The position numbers and the translations under genes are program-made. This document shows, in pieces, positions 1-13,690 of a stretch of 64,000 bases of DNA; within the stretch, counting starts at the first letter, position 1, and the number at the start of each line of letters is the position of its first letter. Source of the stretch: Pecten maximus (taxonomy: Eukaryota); the NCBI RefSeq assembly GCF_902652985.1, contig NC_047024.1, positions 26,474,001-26,538,000 of the forward strand, in the 5' to 3' direction. The notes beneath the pieces are model-generated. The model ran no database searches. It had not been told where the DNA came from and saw only the letters and a list, made by a program, of their open reading frames with translations.

Positions 1-183
1 TAAATGCGTGAGTAAAGGTGGTGTCTGACAAAGTTGACAGCATAACGGTGTGTTTTATACCCATTTATTTTTGAAATTCACACGTCTCTCTGATTGGATA
101 AAAAAACACGTACACCTGGCCCATTGTTTACATACGAGATGGCACAACCCTGCTAATTATAAATCACTAGCCCTGACAGGGTC

Positions 184-1766
184 GGCTGTATCTCCATTTG
201 CCCACTTTTTAAAATCACAATATGGAGAAAATGTTGTGATAGGGATTATAGTCTATTTCAGAGTAGTTCACCTTGTTTTTACCTGGGATTTACCTGGAAT
301 TTTCACCTGTGTTACCTGTGCTACATGGCCATATAAGGAACTATAAGATATAAGTAGCTACATGTATAATTTTATGCAGTACTTTATATAGGAAAAAATA
401 CACATTGATTACAGTATTATTATTTTGTTGTTATTTATGATGCGCAATGTACCTGTTTATAAGTATTTATATTTAAATATACAGTACTTTATATGAAAAA
501 AAATAATATAGACCACTACTACAGACACCATCACTACCGAGACCACTACTATCATGGCAAATGCACAGATACAGGAGATCAAGTTTGTTAGGAACATTTA
601 GCAGTGATGCGGCGTTGAATGGGTACTGCACAGGACAGACTCGATTCCTCGGAAACACTTATGTTTCTATCGACTGGATTTACGTTATTTTAAGAAGAAT
701 ATCATCTCTTAAATTGTAAATGAACGTCGTCTTGACAGTAGGCGAAAACGATTCCAAGAATATTTCATTAGAAACAGAATCCAGTCTAACCGGTCACATC
801 AGTGTCGCTAACTTAGCAGACGATGTTCAACTTCACAGGGGCTCGATTTTGGAGTAAGGTAGGCCTTTGACATCAGTGAATAACCACATAACTATAATTC
901 AGTATGCATACACAACCAGAAACTATGTCGATACTGCCGATTTTTCGCAAGATTTAAAAAAAATTCTGGACTTTAAATGTTGTCGTGTCTAGCATTTCTG
1001 ACAATTCGACAACGAGCCCCTGTGTGACGACAGTGACAATTCGATTACTTCCTATAGATTAGGAATAGAGCTTATAATAATTTTGTATCGAGTCGGTCGA
1101 CTTCATTTTTTCTATTAAATTTTACTCTCATCACTTGCGTTGCTTTGTTTGTGGTGGTTTATGTAGATAAATACTAGCATTTGAAATCTCTCCTGGCCGA
1201 ATGTAACTGGGGACCATTGTTTTTACCAGCAACACCCGGGGCTGTATCCCTATTCTGACCGAATCACTGTAAATTGTAGTATACAGTCTCATGAATACAA
1301 TTTGGTTGACTAACGACATATAGGAAAATGTAACACAGAATGTAAATATATATGTGTGAATATGATGTTCTTTTTTAACTGAAGAATGTAATATAAAATG
1401 TATGAAAAATGTTTTTAGTATATATATTATAATGTATTACCAGTGCTTATGTATAATGTTTGTGGATATGTTAACTATCTAATGTATGTTCTTTCTTATA
1501 TATATGTATGTAAATATGATGTGTGTATGATGACATTCACGGATTAATGATAAAAAAAAACAAAAAAACTATAACTTAGTGTTATTTTCCCCACTTCTCA
1601 GGTACATAAATATACCTCTCTTTTTGCCCACTTTTTAGCACAGGTAAATCATACAGGTAAACACAGGTAAAATTATTATGGAACTGACTATAATTGGTTT
1701 TCCATTGTTCTCCTATGTATACACTTTTCTTTGTTCTAAAAAAAGTGGGCAAATGGAGAACACACC
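184..1766. mobile_element. Non-autonomous TIR DNA transposon with 8-bp TSD (GG...CC ends; superfamily unresolved, Merlin- or Mutator-like)
   Basis: Left end GGCTGTATCTCCATTTGCCCACTTTTT (184-210) is the imperfect inverse of right end AAAAAGTGGGCAAATGGAGAACACACC (1740-1766). ACAGGGTC flanks both ends (176-183, 1767-1774). Subterminal ACCTG/CAGGT clusters. No transposase ORF inside. Confidence 0.75.
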
Positions 1767-2092
1767 ACAGGGTCGATGTCCTCTAGGTCACGGGTCAAAG
1801 GATACGGGGTATCGTTTTTATAGAATTCTGGGTTAGGTCACTCAATCTTTTTATATATTATAAAGAATTCAAACCCTCATTTGTTATCGAGAATTTAAAT
1901 AATGTTTGCAACTCTTAAGATTGAAAAAAAAAATTAAATGATAATACTATCATTACCCATCAAATAAATTGTAAACATGCAACAGTCTTAGTTTGAAATG
2001 TAGGATTCAACAAGATTCAACAACATTTTATTTTCTCTCAGCAGGTCACATTTATGCAATGCAGTGATTCACATATTGTTAAACATTTAAAA

Positions 2093-2453
2093 ACAAGAAA
2101 TATCCGATAACCGATATAGTTTTAATGCTGGTGGTTATAATGTAATGCCGCTGGTGAAATAAATCAACGAACTAATGCGTTTCAGCACGGACAACAAAAT
2201 TAGATCAGTTTGAATCATTTTTGGTGATACTAAGGCAGCATTTGAATCAGGAATATAATTTTATCAATATGTCATTTGAAAAGATACATCCACTTATTCA
2301 GCTTGCATTCAATCTTACTTCATTTCGTTTTTAACTGCATCTCTGCATTTTGCATTTACCGCTACATTGACCAATCACATACTTCATCTTGACCAGTAAC
2401 GCCACCTGTCGCGTCATATCTTGGGCCAAAAGAATATTATACGGCAATGCGGA
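2093..2453 (+). repeat. Interspersed repeat, copy A (~360 bp; family unassigned)
   Basis: Colinear similarity to 5959-6343, e.g. shared ATACATCCACTTATTCAGCTTGCATTCAATCTT and TGCATTTTGCATTTACCGCTACATTGACCAATCACATACTTCATCT. Confidence 0.8.
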
Positions 2454-2965
2454 AAGAAAAACAACTTACCACTGGCTCTACCACAGTGAGTACAAAATTA
2501 AATATTAGTTAAGATTGTAGAAATAGAATATGTGAACAATCCTCACAATCTCATATAATATTTATATTTCTATAATTGAATTTAACATCTGTACCTGGAA
2601 TATAGCCTTCAAGAAAGTGATGTCAAATCGATTGAAAACCATAATCAATTAATCGATAAAATCTGTAATCAAATGATGATCGGCTAAAAATCGCATCTGA
2701 ACTTGATTTAATTCACAGGTCAAACATTACTGTAACTTGCTTATGAGACCCGTGGTGTCCACCATGTTGTTTAAGCTACAAGAGAAATTAGAAAGGTTTA
2801 CATTTTATTTACACAGTTTGCATGCCTTTTAAAACTAATAAATTTATGCAATGTTAACTTTGATCCATTATTTGTAAAACAAATATTAGTTTTAATTAAA
2901 ATATATACATATTTAATTTCCCGTACACTAAACCTTATGATTATGGCCGTGTGATTATATATAAA

Positions 2966-3370
2966 CACCCGTTTAACTATCTTTCATCCGTTTAACTATG
3001 TACAAAATACCCGTTTATGTACAAAATACCCGTTTAACTATGTACAAAATACCCGTTTAACTATGTACAAAATACCCGTTTATGTACAAAATACCCGTTT
3101 AACTATGTACAAAATACCCGTTTATGTACAAAATACCCGTTTAACTATGTACCAAATACCCGTTTATGTACAAAATACCCGTTTAACTATGTACAAAATA
3201 CCCGTTTAACTATGTACAAAATACCCGTTTAACTATGTACCAAACGTCCATTCATAAACACCCGTTTAACGTTCCGATCACCTGTTAATGTACCAAGCAT
3301 CAATTTAGTAATGTTCTGACCACCCCATTTAACTATGTACCGATCATCCCTTTAACTATGTATCAAACAC
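2966..3370. repeat. Minisatellite, 23-bp unit with 19-bp variant (AAAATACCCGTTT[AACT]ATGTAC)
   Basis: About 11 well-conserved units at 2990-3245, decaying to ~3370. Confidence 0.9.
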
Positions 3371-4486
3371 CTGGTTATGTATGTACCAAATACTAATTTT
3401 TACATCCAAAACACAGTTATCCGTGAAAAAATCTTTCAGGACACCACCACATTGCAAACTGTTCTCTGAGCCTGTTCAGATTCCTCATTTACAAATAGGG
3501 TTAAAAGGTCATGCGGTTATATATACATTGTACTAGTAATCGTATTGATGGCACGGTAGGCTAAAGATGAATGTTTTTTTTTATGACGGTCGTACATAGA
3601 AGTGTGTAGGGTGCCTTTTCGCTCGTGGCGGAGTTGCCAACTCCTGCCAACCTTGTACTTTACACAGTACCCAGATCCCAGCCATTTTTCTTTAATTTTC
3701 AAAATTAACATTTTATATGCAAGTACCTGCAGTTTTGATATGTAGTTGCTTGTGTTGTTAAACAGCGTGCAGAATGCTCGTAGGCTATATGTATATACAT
3801 GTATTATCAAACAATCAAAAATGTTTTGTTAAATTTTGGATGACAGTTAGCTACAGTCGACATTTGCCATGTTGACGAGTTACGAGAGGTCTACACATCA
3901 TGTTATTTTACTATGTCACCATGTGACCCTCACAAATTCACCTGTCAATCATATCAGCTGTAAAAACATACCATGACTCGATTTATAAAACTACAGATTA
4001 ATAACACCATGGAATGACATGCATACACAATGCTTCTAACTGTTTATCTATAGCTTGTCTGATCAGCCATTCTATACTTCGTACACGTCATAAATTTAAA
4101 TATCGTATGAAAAACTATTATGACGCCATAAATACACGACGTCACGTGATTTTTACAGTAGTGAGTAACGTGTCGTTAAACTCGGGACGCACCTATTTTT
4201 AATTGATACATTAATTTGAAAATCAGTTTTCACGTATTTTCTCTGAAATGCGGTAAATTACTGTCTCTGGGGACATTGTCAAATGGAAACGACCGAGATT
4301 CCCACTTTATAAACAGATTGCTTTAGGCATAATGATATTACAACAATCATGCTACAAGAATAAGGGTGGGGTCAATTCCAGTCCCTAGAGACAGTGCCGG
4401 GACTTCAATATTACTGAAAACTACACCAAATAAGTATGTATTTGATAAAGTAAAATTACGAAACAAGTTTTACCAACTTGATATAT

Positions 4487-5267
4487 TAATCACTCTTGTA
4501 GGATGGAAGCGCGTGAGGGTCTTACTGTGGGAGAAAACCGGAGTACCCGGGGAAACCGTCGGGCAGGTGACCACATACCTTTTCACTTCCGACCAGGGAA
4601 TCGAACCCCGGGGTTACTATTACGAAGAAAATTCGTAAATATAAGTGAAATATAAAATTCTTAAATATAAGTGAAATGGCAAGCAGTATTGACTGTACTA
4701 CAATAACGGTAATTACTTTACCAGCCAGCTCATTGAGCGATATAGTGTTTACACTATGTCCGGGAGAAGCTGTTAAGAATATCAGGGTTCGACACTGAAA
4801 CTACAGTACGAACTAATTACCAACAAGAGGCCAATTTGGCAGAAATAAATATGGAGACGATTATACAATCGGCTTTCAAAGACTAGCATATCTAACCCAG
4901 AAGGTCACGCTGACCAACAGGTGATCACGCTGGACTGAGGTGCACACGGCCCCTCCTTGATTCCGGACACAGCTCATGACGTATGTAGCTGATCCCATCA
5001 TGGGACCAAAATTGTAAAGCCAGGTCTCGACTTAAGAAGACGATTGGTCAACCATTTGTATTCCGCAACTTTTCAATCAGTTGGAATGTTGATAAGCGTT
5101 ATGCATACGTTTCCTGTCACTATATACTTTATGTTAATGTCAATAAAAGCTAGAACCTGGACGTGCAAAGAGTCTGTTTCATTCTTTTGAAAGGTGCACA
5201 ACAGAGGGTAGCGATTTCGAATTGAGAAATCACGGGACCATAGCCCCGTGATATTACCACTGCGCCA
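4487..5267 (-). mobile_element. tRNA-derived SINE (family 1) split by a solo-LTR insertion
   Basis: Central domain AAACCGGAGTACCCGGGGAAACC and B box (GGAATCGAACC on +) at 4535-4610. The A-box half TTACCACTGCGCCA (rc TGGCGCAGTGGTAA) resumes at 5254-5267. Same family as 20225-20402. Confidence 0.7.
4618..5253 (+). mobile_element. Probable solo LTR, 636 bp, 4-bp TSD TTAC
   Basis: TTAC at 4614-4617 and 5254-5257; short inverted termini TATTACG...CGTGATA; AATAAA at 5142-5147; removing it rejoins the SINE head. Confidence 0.65.
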
Positions 5268-5689
5268 TACATAAAGAAGAGTACGTAATTAATTAGAATT
5301 GATATAAGGTCACTCTAGTGCTATTACGATTCCACTTCGAGAGCATACTGATCGGATTATCAAAGGTAGAACTATCAAGACACCTACCATATTAGAACTT
5401 AAATATCCATATGTTTTTCGTGATTACATGTCGGGATTTTCGTTAGAATTTAGAATTTGTTCAGTATAAAAGATCTTTAAACGAAAAAAATCTTACCCTG
5501 AAAAAAGAACTCCGCCATCTCGGATCTGTAGCCAGCCTCTACCTGAACGAGACGGCCGACAGAGTATATACCACAATACAGATAAATCCTTTTCAGAGTT
5601 GATGAAGCATTCAGAGCCCACCGGGGACCGGGATCTCTCTATTGATACATATACAATGTACTAGCCTGTTATGGTTTACAACAATCATT

Positions 5690-5870
5690 AAGATGAATTT
5701 TGAACAATATCTTAATGAATCAAATATAAGAAAATCAAAAGTAATTGAAATCCTTTAATATCAAACTAGCAGTAGAATCAGTAGGATAATTAGGAAGATG
5801 GCTTGGTAGGTATACCTCGTCAGAGAGAATTTATAATTTGTGTAAATCGGATATTGGTGATAAATTTAAA
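5690..5870 (+). pseudogene. Decayed 3' fragment of a non-LTR retrotransposon ORF2
   Basis: Reads ...LAVES...CKSDIGDKF, resembling the C-terminal Cys/His region of the LINE fragment at 22873-23256. Confidence 0.4.
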
Positions 5871-5958
5871 TGTGAACATGAATCAGTAATATGTTTGAGA
5901 AAGAAAAATATTCCAAAATACTACTTATCCGAGTCGAGACAAAATGCAAAGAATTTAC

Positions 5959-6343
5959 AAACAAGAAATATCTTTAAAAAAGATAAACGGCATAGTTTTG
6001 ATGCTGGCGGTTATAATGTAAAACTGCTGGAGAAATACATTAACGAACTAATTAATAAATGCGTTTCAGTCCGGAATTTTTTTTATATGAGTTTGAATCA
6101 TTTTTGGTGATAATAAGACTGCATTTGAATCAGGAATATAATTGTATTAATGTGTCATTTTAATATATCTATACATCCACTTATTCAGCTTGCATTCAAT
6201 CTTAATTTGTTTTCGTCTTTAACTGCTTATTTGCATTTTGCATTTACCGCTACATTGACCAATCACATACTTCATCTAGACCAGTAACGCAACCTGTCGC
6301 GTCATACCCGGGGCCAAAAGAAAATTATATGGCTATGCTGAAA
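5959..6343 (+). repeat. Interspersed repeat, copy B
   Basis: Same-orientation copy of 2093-2453. Confidence 0.8.
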
Positions 6344-9300
6344 AATTGTATATGATAAAATCCTTCTTTTTCTATTTTCTGTACTTTATTAAAGTGTTAG
6401 TACAAACATGGTGTACAAGCATACATACTGTACTTGTCAGTCCCGTCCCGGGCGAAAGCAGCCCGGGACAGAGAATAGATGTTATTCCTCTGCCTCCAAA
6501 TGTAGTCTGGCGCCGTTAACAGATATAAGGTGTTCCTTATATAGATAGGAACATGCCAGTTGTTTACAATTCTTAACCTTTGAACTATATTACATAAAAC
6601 TATTACATGATCTCATAGGAAATAGCTGGCCAACGGATTAAAGGTACATAGGAAGGTCAATAGGTAATTACGTAAGTAAATCAATTAATACCCTTTTGCC
6701 AGGTAACACAAGGGTCACCCAGTTCCAAAGGGTCGGTTATTACATAAGTAAAACAATACACTTTGGCCAGGTAAACACATGGGTCACACCAAAGGGTTAG
6801 ACAGCTTATATATTAATCAATTTCACTTATTACACTACTATAGCACATGTAGATTTTTGAAAAAAACAACAACCAAAAAAACAATTCAAGTTAATTGATT
6901 TTAAATTAATCTTTGAAGCCGTACTCCTCCATTGTTCAATTTCTTAGTAATCATCACAGATATGCACTGCATAAAATATTGTCAAATTGTAGCAACTGTA
7001 CGCCATATATCATTATTATATATATGTGACCTCTTGTTACCAATTAAATATTGAAACCTCTTTAACAAGGCCCGTCAGACTAAACCGCCGATGGCCACTT
7101 CCTTCGTCACTTATACATATTGTATATCACCCGTAAACATACTCATTGCGTATGGAGAGAGAGCACTTCGTTCAATTTAGTATCGGAGGCGATAAAAACA
7201 AGATGGATGCCACTATTTCAAAGGCATATTTCATATGGTCCTATTAAAGACCGTTTAATTAAAGCTAAGAATTTAGTACACGAGATTTAGTACACGAAAT
7301 TTCGGACCATGTGGGGCGTGATCGGGTGACCAAACACAGGACAGGTCAGATGTCCAAATATCAAGCCTAATTAGCTTAACATTTGAACATCTTATCTAAA
7401 AGTTAATTGTTAAGAACGTTGATCAAAAACTAGAAATGTCTGGTGATAGGTTACAATATTTATGGATAATATTGATATTAATATTGCAAGTTAGAATATT
7501 TGTTTTCTTGAAAATTGTAACATAATGGGCTAAGAATAATGTTAGAATATGTATAACTTTATACATCATTTAAAATGGTAGCTATATATCAGAGACAGCA
7601 GGTCAAAGGTCACGTAATACTCGGTTGATGAAAACAACACCCGTGATTGACAGGTAAAGTGCAGAATCTGATACAGAGCTCAGGGGTGTAGGCCGCGTGA
7701 TTTCCTGAGTGATAGAACAGGGAAAGGGTCACTCCAATCTCAGATGGTATTGGTATAGTCATGATAAGCGATGACAACAAAAATAGGTTACTGGGAGGGG
7801 GAGCAATGATAAGGTACATTTGTTGTAGCACGTGTATTGTTAATGATATGCAAAGAGGCGGGGCGGAACAGGGGATATTAGGTATTAGAGGGAGAAAGCT
7901 AAAGGTGAGGAGAGAAAACAAGAGGGTCAGTTCAGTTCATTTATTCCGTAGGCCTTCCGGCCTTCAGGTGAAAATAACAGCATGTGATTATGCATCAATA
8001 CATCATACGAATACATGTAAAAAGGAGAGTGATCCGCGTACTATTGTAATATAAAAAATAATGATAATATTGTATTATGAATTCAATTACATGTAGTGGT
8101 AATTAGATCAATTTCAAATGCTAAATTACTGTGATATTTTGCCATAACTTAGAGCTACACTGTAGTTTAAACAGTGTTTATCTATATTCAATACAAGTGT
8201 ACATATTCATTGCAAATTGTACATTGAAGTAATAAACTATTGTAAACCATATGGTGTTGTTGCGTTACACAATATTAGTTAAAATAAACAATGGGCAAAC
8301 ATTTTTTGTCGACATTTTTTTTTTACTAAGAATACTTACCCTAAAAGAGTTTCAGCTGAACAGATCCTCATTTGTTTGTGTTAATTGTATGATAATATGA
8401 GACCTTACATAAATATACAATATTATAATATACAATGTTATAATATACAATGTCATTGTATTAAAGATTTATTCTTATCCCTTATATTTAGTGTTTTTTG
8501 TTGGCTCTTTTTGTTTTCTGGTTTACACAATGTGGTGTTATTTTTAAATATCTGACAATAATAATTATGGTAGTGTAAATGTTTATAAATGTGTGCCTTA
8601 ACCGCAATAAAAGGGCTCGCTGACAATGGGGTCGCCTGTCGCCATAACAACGTGCTTGTCAACTCATTTTCCTAAACTGGTAAATTAGCACTGCGTTTTG
8701 TTGGCATGGTTTCAGACACTGGCTGTCCTGTGTTGTAATAACTATGTCCTCTGGGAAGAGACATTATCTACACTGCTTCGGATAGTACGGGTCTCCCGTA
8801 TGTTAATTTAATCTTAGTTATAAAAGTGACAAATATAACGCCAATATTACCATTTGTCCATCTTGACACGTATTGTATTGTTTATATACGATTTAGAAAT
8901 CCGTGTAACGCTTTTAATGTGTTTGGGTGACTAATAAATCTGAGAAAACGAAATTGAAAATTGAATAACATAATCACCAATGATACATTATAGTTTTATT
9001 AACTTTTCTATAATTCCTATGGTCCGGCTCGCACGTCACTACCGGTTATATGCAGCCTTAAGTAGTAAGTGAGCTGATGTATTTAGCACGAGTTCTGCGT
9101 GAGTACGGCATACATTTAAGCATTGAACGGCTTTCAGTTGGCATTCATATTGACTATGAATGCCAACTGAAAGCCGTTCAATGCTTATATTTACCATCTG
9201 CGATTTTTTATTTGTTGTGCGATTTTTTTTTTTTTTGAAATTTTCAAATTCAAATTTCAGTTGGCAGTTCATAAGCTGGTGAACTCGCAACTGGATTGGT

Positions 9301-12129
9301 AGGGTTATATAGAGGCAGTGCCATACAATGGTAAATGTATAACTATATGCTATTTTAAATCCCCGTTAAAACCTTTAAACATTTATAACCGTTTGGATTA
9401 TAATGAATCCCTTTATCTTTAAATGAATGTTGAATTGATGTTTATCACATAGTCGGTCTACTCTGTATCCAGTGAATTCGCCAAGGCGATAAGTTCGCAA
9501 TGTCGCTCATATCAGTTACCCCGGGGCGATTTTCATTGGCATTGCTATCTGAAACATGACGTCATGAATCTGGTCAACAAAATGGCTGCCCCCGTTTGAT
9601 TTTTTCGCGCCTTTTTGGCTTTATAATATGTCAAATTGCAGAGTTAGGTTTCTGTACACTTGAGATATTTTATATCAACACTGAGATCATCTTTCTTATG
9701 TCTGTACCTAAAATAATCGTGTATTGTTATGTATTTCCCACATTCAAATATCTCTAGTTGTAACGGATTTTAAGCTGGCTATGTCTTCGTAATATACATA
9801 TTTTGACAAAATTGCGAAAAAAAAATAAATTGTTGAGTGATATATACCCTAATTATGATATCATGTGAGAATGTAAATGAGCAGCGGGAAATATCTAATA
9901 TTATATAGGCATGCGCAAACTGTTTTTTATTTTAAGATTGGCGGCCCAACAACAAAAGCAACGCACCAAAATACCCAAGTGGAAAAATGTGAAAACCCAT
10001 CATGAAATAGCAGTGAAATTTCTCTGTATTCGATAAACAAACACATGTCATTTTTTTATGTTTATCATCCGTGGATGTAACTCTGCGCCCTCAGGATAAA
10101 TTCACGTTCTATTTTTAGATGTTTATAACATATTTAAGTTATGAATTGCAGCTGTAACTGAGCAGGTTTGAAGAAAATAACATACAGATACATGTAAGTT
10201 CAGAAGGGATAATCTTCATATCTAAAAATAAAAACATTGAGAGGCGTAGTAACGAACGCTTTGATGGTAAAGCGCTAGTCACATTCCGTAACTTTTATAT
10301 ATTATAAATACAATTGTCATTTTTCAATAAGATTTTTAACAAAAGGGAAGCATACACAGTTCCAACTAAATTCCAGCCGTATTACAAAGCTATACGAAGT
10401 AAGTTTACTATGTAATGAACCAACGGAGAGATTCATTTTGAGTGAGTGTTTAAATTCGGGGGCTCTCTTGAACTTCGATAAAGTGTGTATTCCGTGTTGA
10501 ACCCCCTGTTGTTATGGCCAATACGGTTATTTTGTAAAATAAGTAGAACAAGGTCGCGATCTTCTTTGAAAAGCAAACAGGTTCTATACAGAGGAGGTCG
10601 TCACAGTTGATGAATAAGATAGCTATATTAACAATGGTTCGACGGTGGATGGTGACTGGCACGTTATTGTGTCCATCTTGTAAGTCTGATCTCACCCCGG
10701 GTGTCTGACAGCTCCGTGGATATATCTACATCTAATCTCCCGACTGCTCAGAGGCGTACTAATCATGTATTCAACCACTATTCTGCCCGCAGTATCAAAC
10801 TTAGAGATGTCTAGATTCAGCGTTGACACAGCTAGATATGACATTCCGTAATATTTATAGGATGTATATATACGTGTAGTATTTTGTTGTGTTAAGTTTC
10901 GAGCATCAACATTTTGTATATCTTTATTTACAATAGACATCATTGCCCTTGTGCTCATAATCAACATAGTATGTACATACATGGTGGTACTTGAATGAAT
11001 ACATACATGTACTAGTATTGATATTCAGTAGGAACATTATTCAGTAAAGTGTAACAGGCATATTAATATTTTCGTACGATTTCAATCAACACTTACTAAA
11101 TTGATAAATAAAATATTTCTTCACAGTATTTCTGACAGACTATACAAGCATGAAAAAAACAACAACAACAAAAAACAAAAAAACAACAACAACAACCAAC
11201 AACAACAACAATATAACCATATAGTAAGCAAAGGATACTGTACAAATAATTCCACTTGTCTCTTAATTAAATAGTATTTCATTTCTTAATTTATTTGCTT
11301 TGTATATATCACAGTGGTATGTATACGTCTCTGATTTTTGTAACAAACACACGTGTGGCCCGCTGATTAATAGATCTTGAATCTTGTACATAGTAAAAAC
11401 GCCTGTTTGGATATTAGATATTGTCAAGTCCCTGTGGCCATCGTAACAGCAGTGGGAAACCTTAGGGGTTGTCGATGTATAAAAACCCCGATTTTGATAC
11501 GGATTCAGAATGTTTTTGGACGCTTAATTTATAGTGTTGTGGTTGTTAAGTGATGTCAAATGTTACTCAAAATCCCGAAACCGAGCCCCTGTGATGACAG
11601 TGGCTAGCAATGACAATACATGTATACGGGCTAATGATAAAAATAACAAGGACAGTGTTGAGTGTTGGTTGACCCTAGGCACACATGCGCTAATGCTATC
11701 ATTCGTGTGTATCCATGTAGTAATAATGAACGACAGGCAGCCAGACGAAAGTTTTGATAGAACTGTATGTATACCTTTCCCGTTGTATTTTGTTATTTTT
11801 GTGAAAACGTTTTGACACCTTAAGCAGTAATTCAAATCACATCTTGGCCAATTTTAATAGATTCCATTATTCTCAACCAGATTAGAACATTTTACCATTA
11901 TTTGGTCAGCTCTAAACGTAAACAAACTCAACAAGATAGTAATTTACGTAAGTTATTACCCTTGTTAAACAATCACCCTTACTCAGCCTTATGTCAACAG
12001 TCACCTAAAGTTCAACATCAACATGTACACATTGCTTTAATACGAATATCTCCAGACTTTCTGTTCCCAGAGTTATCGTTCCTTGTGCTTTCACACCTTA
12101 ATTTTCGTTTGAAACAACGTTAATTGATT

Positions 12130-12950
12130 TAGAGAAGCGTATGTGAACCTACATTTACAGCAAAATTGCTACACAAACATATCTAAATTTCGTTTAGAAA
12201 AACTAAATAAGACAAGCACACATGTACCATCTGTTTGAATGGGGCATGTAACGTTTATCGTTTAAGAGATCATTAATATAATCAGAATACAACCAAGGGG
12301 AGATAATACTGCCCTGGCGGATCCACTGGCTTATCCAAAACATATTGCAGACGTTTTGATATTATCAACGCTAAACATATCTTCGTATAAAACATTATTA
12401 CCTGTACATATTTCCTATCAAAACCTAAACGTGCAAAAGTTTGAAACCCAACCCGCCAAGCCACACACAATCAAAGGTTTTAGAAATATTTAAAATACAA
12501 GAGAACAATTCAGCTCCGTACTCAATATTTTCTTGCCCAATATATGAAGTCATTCTTCTTTCTGTCATACATATTGTAAAGGATTGACATGGGAAAGATT
12601 TGACAACTCTCGTCAAAATATATTTTTTTATGTATAAGAGGTACATGTATAAGCATTATCGATCTATAACTATTTGGATCACTTTTGGCTTACCTTGACT
12701 TTTATATAAAGTGAAAATAAAATCCTGCTTTATCAATTCAATATTAATTGTTACTAAATAATTATACACTTTTTTTTTTACGAAATAAAATTTTAAAATA
12801 TTGTAAGATATTAGAATTGTACATATACCCGTGTCAGTGAATTGAATGAAAGTATTGTTAAACCCCTCAAATAGGTCACCCGTCATCGTCAAATAAGACC
12901 TCATTAAGGCGAAACGAACATTTGTTGACCCTTTGATAATTATTTTTCCC
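12130..12950 (-). pseudogene. Highly decayed LINE reverse-transcriptase relic
   Basis: SCILNISKTFDCVWLGGLGFKL matches the LINE RT motif (FLDxxKAFDxVxxxGLxxKL); many stops and frameshifts. Confidence 0.55.
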
Positions 12951-13004
12951 ACGATATCGTATCCACGATATTGATCTTAAATACCAAATTATTTACATGA
13001 CAAT

Positions 13005-13490
13005 TGGCCACTTTCCAATTCAGCGCCACCTGGCGGATCATAATCCAAGATGGCGGCGTATGGTGTGTCCGTGTCACAGCACATGTTTTTAGTGTTTTAT
13101 CAGCGCTACGCGTCAAATTAGACTTTTTCCAGAAAATCTTCGTGCTTAAATGCGTATATAGGTAAGTAAGTCTTTATTTTGGAATGATTTTATAAGGAAA
13201 TAAGGCGATATAAGACCGATATACACTTGTTCAAATACCCCAGGTGAGAAACCCTGCAGAATGCTATGTAACTCATTTACACAGGTGTAGCATTAAAAAT
13301 CGGTCATTGTATGATTCACGATTCATTTATTAGTTCTTGATTTGTATAGATCGAATAGAATCAGTCACTGCTTATGAAATGACGGCATCATAACGATGAT
13401 AGCGAAATAAATAACGATATATTTATAAATACTATTTGCACCAGGTAACATTACAGGTAATTTTGAAAGGTGTTTTGAATGCCGCCATTT
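13005..13490 (+). repeat. Left TIR (486 bp)
   Basis: Reverse complement of 18937-19422 with only 3 mismatches (13423, 13424, 13461); gapped similarity continues to GTCACGTGA at ~13529. Confidence 0.97.
13021..13167 (+). promoter_or_regulatory. Putative TIR-embedded promoter and non-coding first exon of the transposase gene
   Basis: CTCF-like CAGCGCCACCTGGCGG 13021-13036; YY1 motif CAAGATGGCGGC 13046-13057; CpG-rich stretch; donor AG|GTAAGT (GT at 13162); acceptor TTTTTCAG| at 13683, 7 nt before the ATG. Confidence 0.6.
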
Positions 13491-13690
13491 AGCCTATACT
13501 ATTTTTAGAGCAGGTGAAAAGTCACGTGATCTATCTAGGATAGTGATCTTCCATTGATTCATTGTATTTTCTATTTCATGTCACCTGACATTCGTATTTA
13601 AATAAATATTATAAAAAGTACTGGTATAGGCCTAGTGGTTTAAAAACATATTATGAAAACAAACTTTGATTTATATTTTTCAGATACAAA

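Noticed and set aside
10450-10982. Two adjacent - strand ORFs as a gene or transposase fragment
   Set aside because: No motif I can recognise and no consistent splice structure.
11422-11817. Possible solo LTR (TGTCAA...TTGACA)
   Set aside because: No target-site duplication on the flanks and no second copy in the window.
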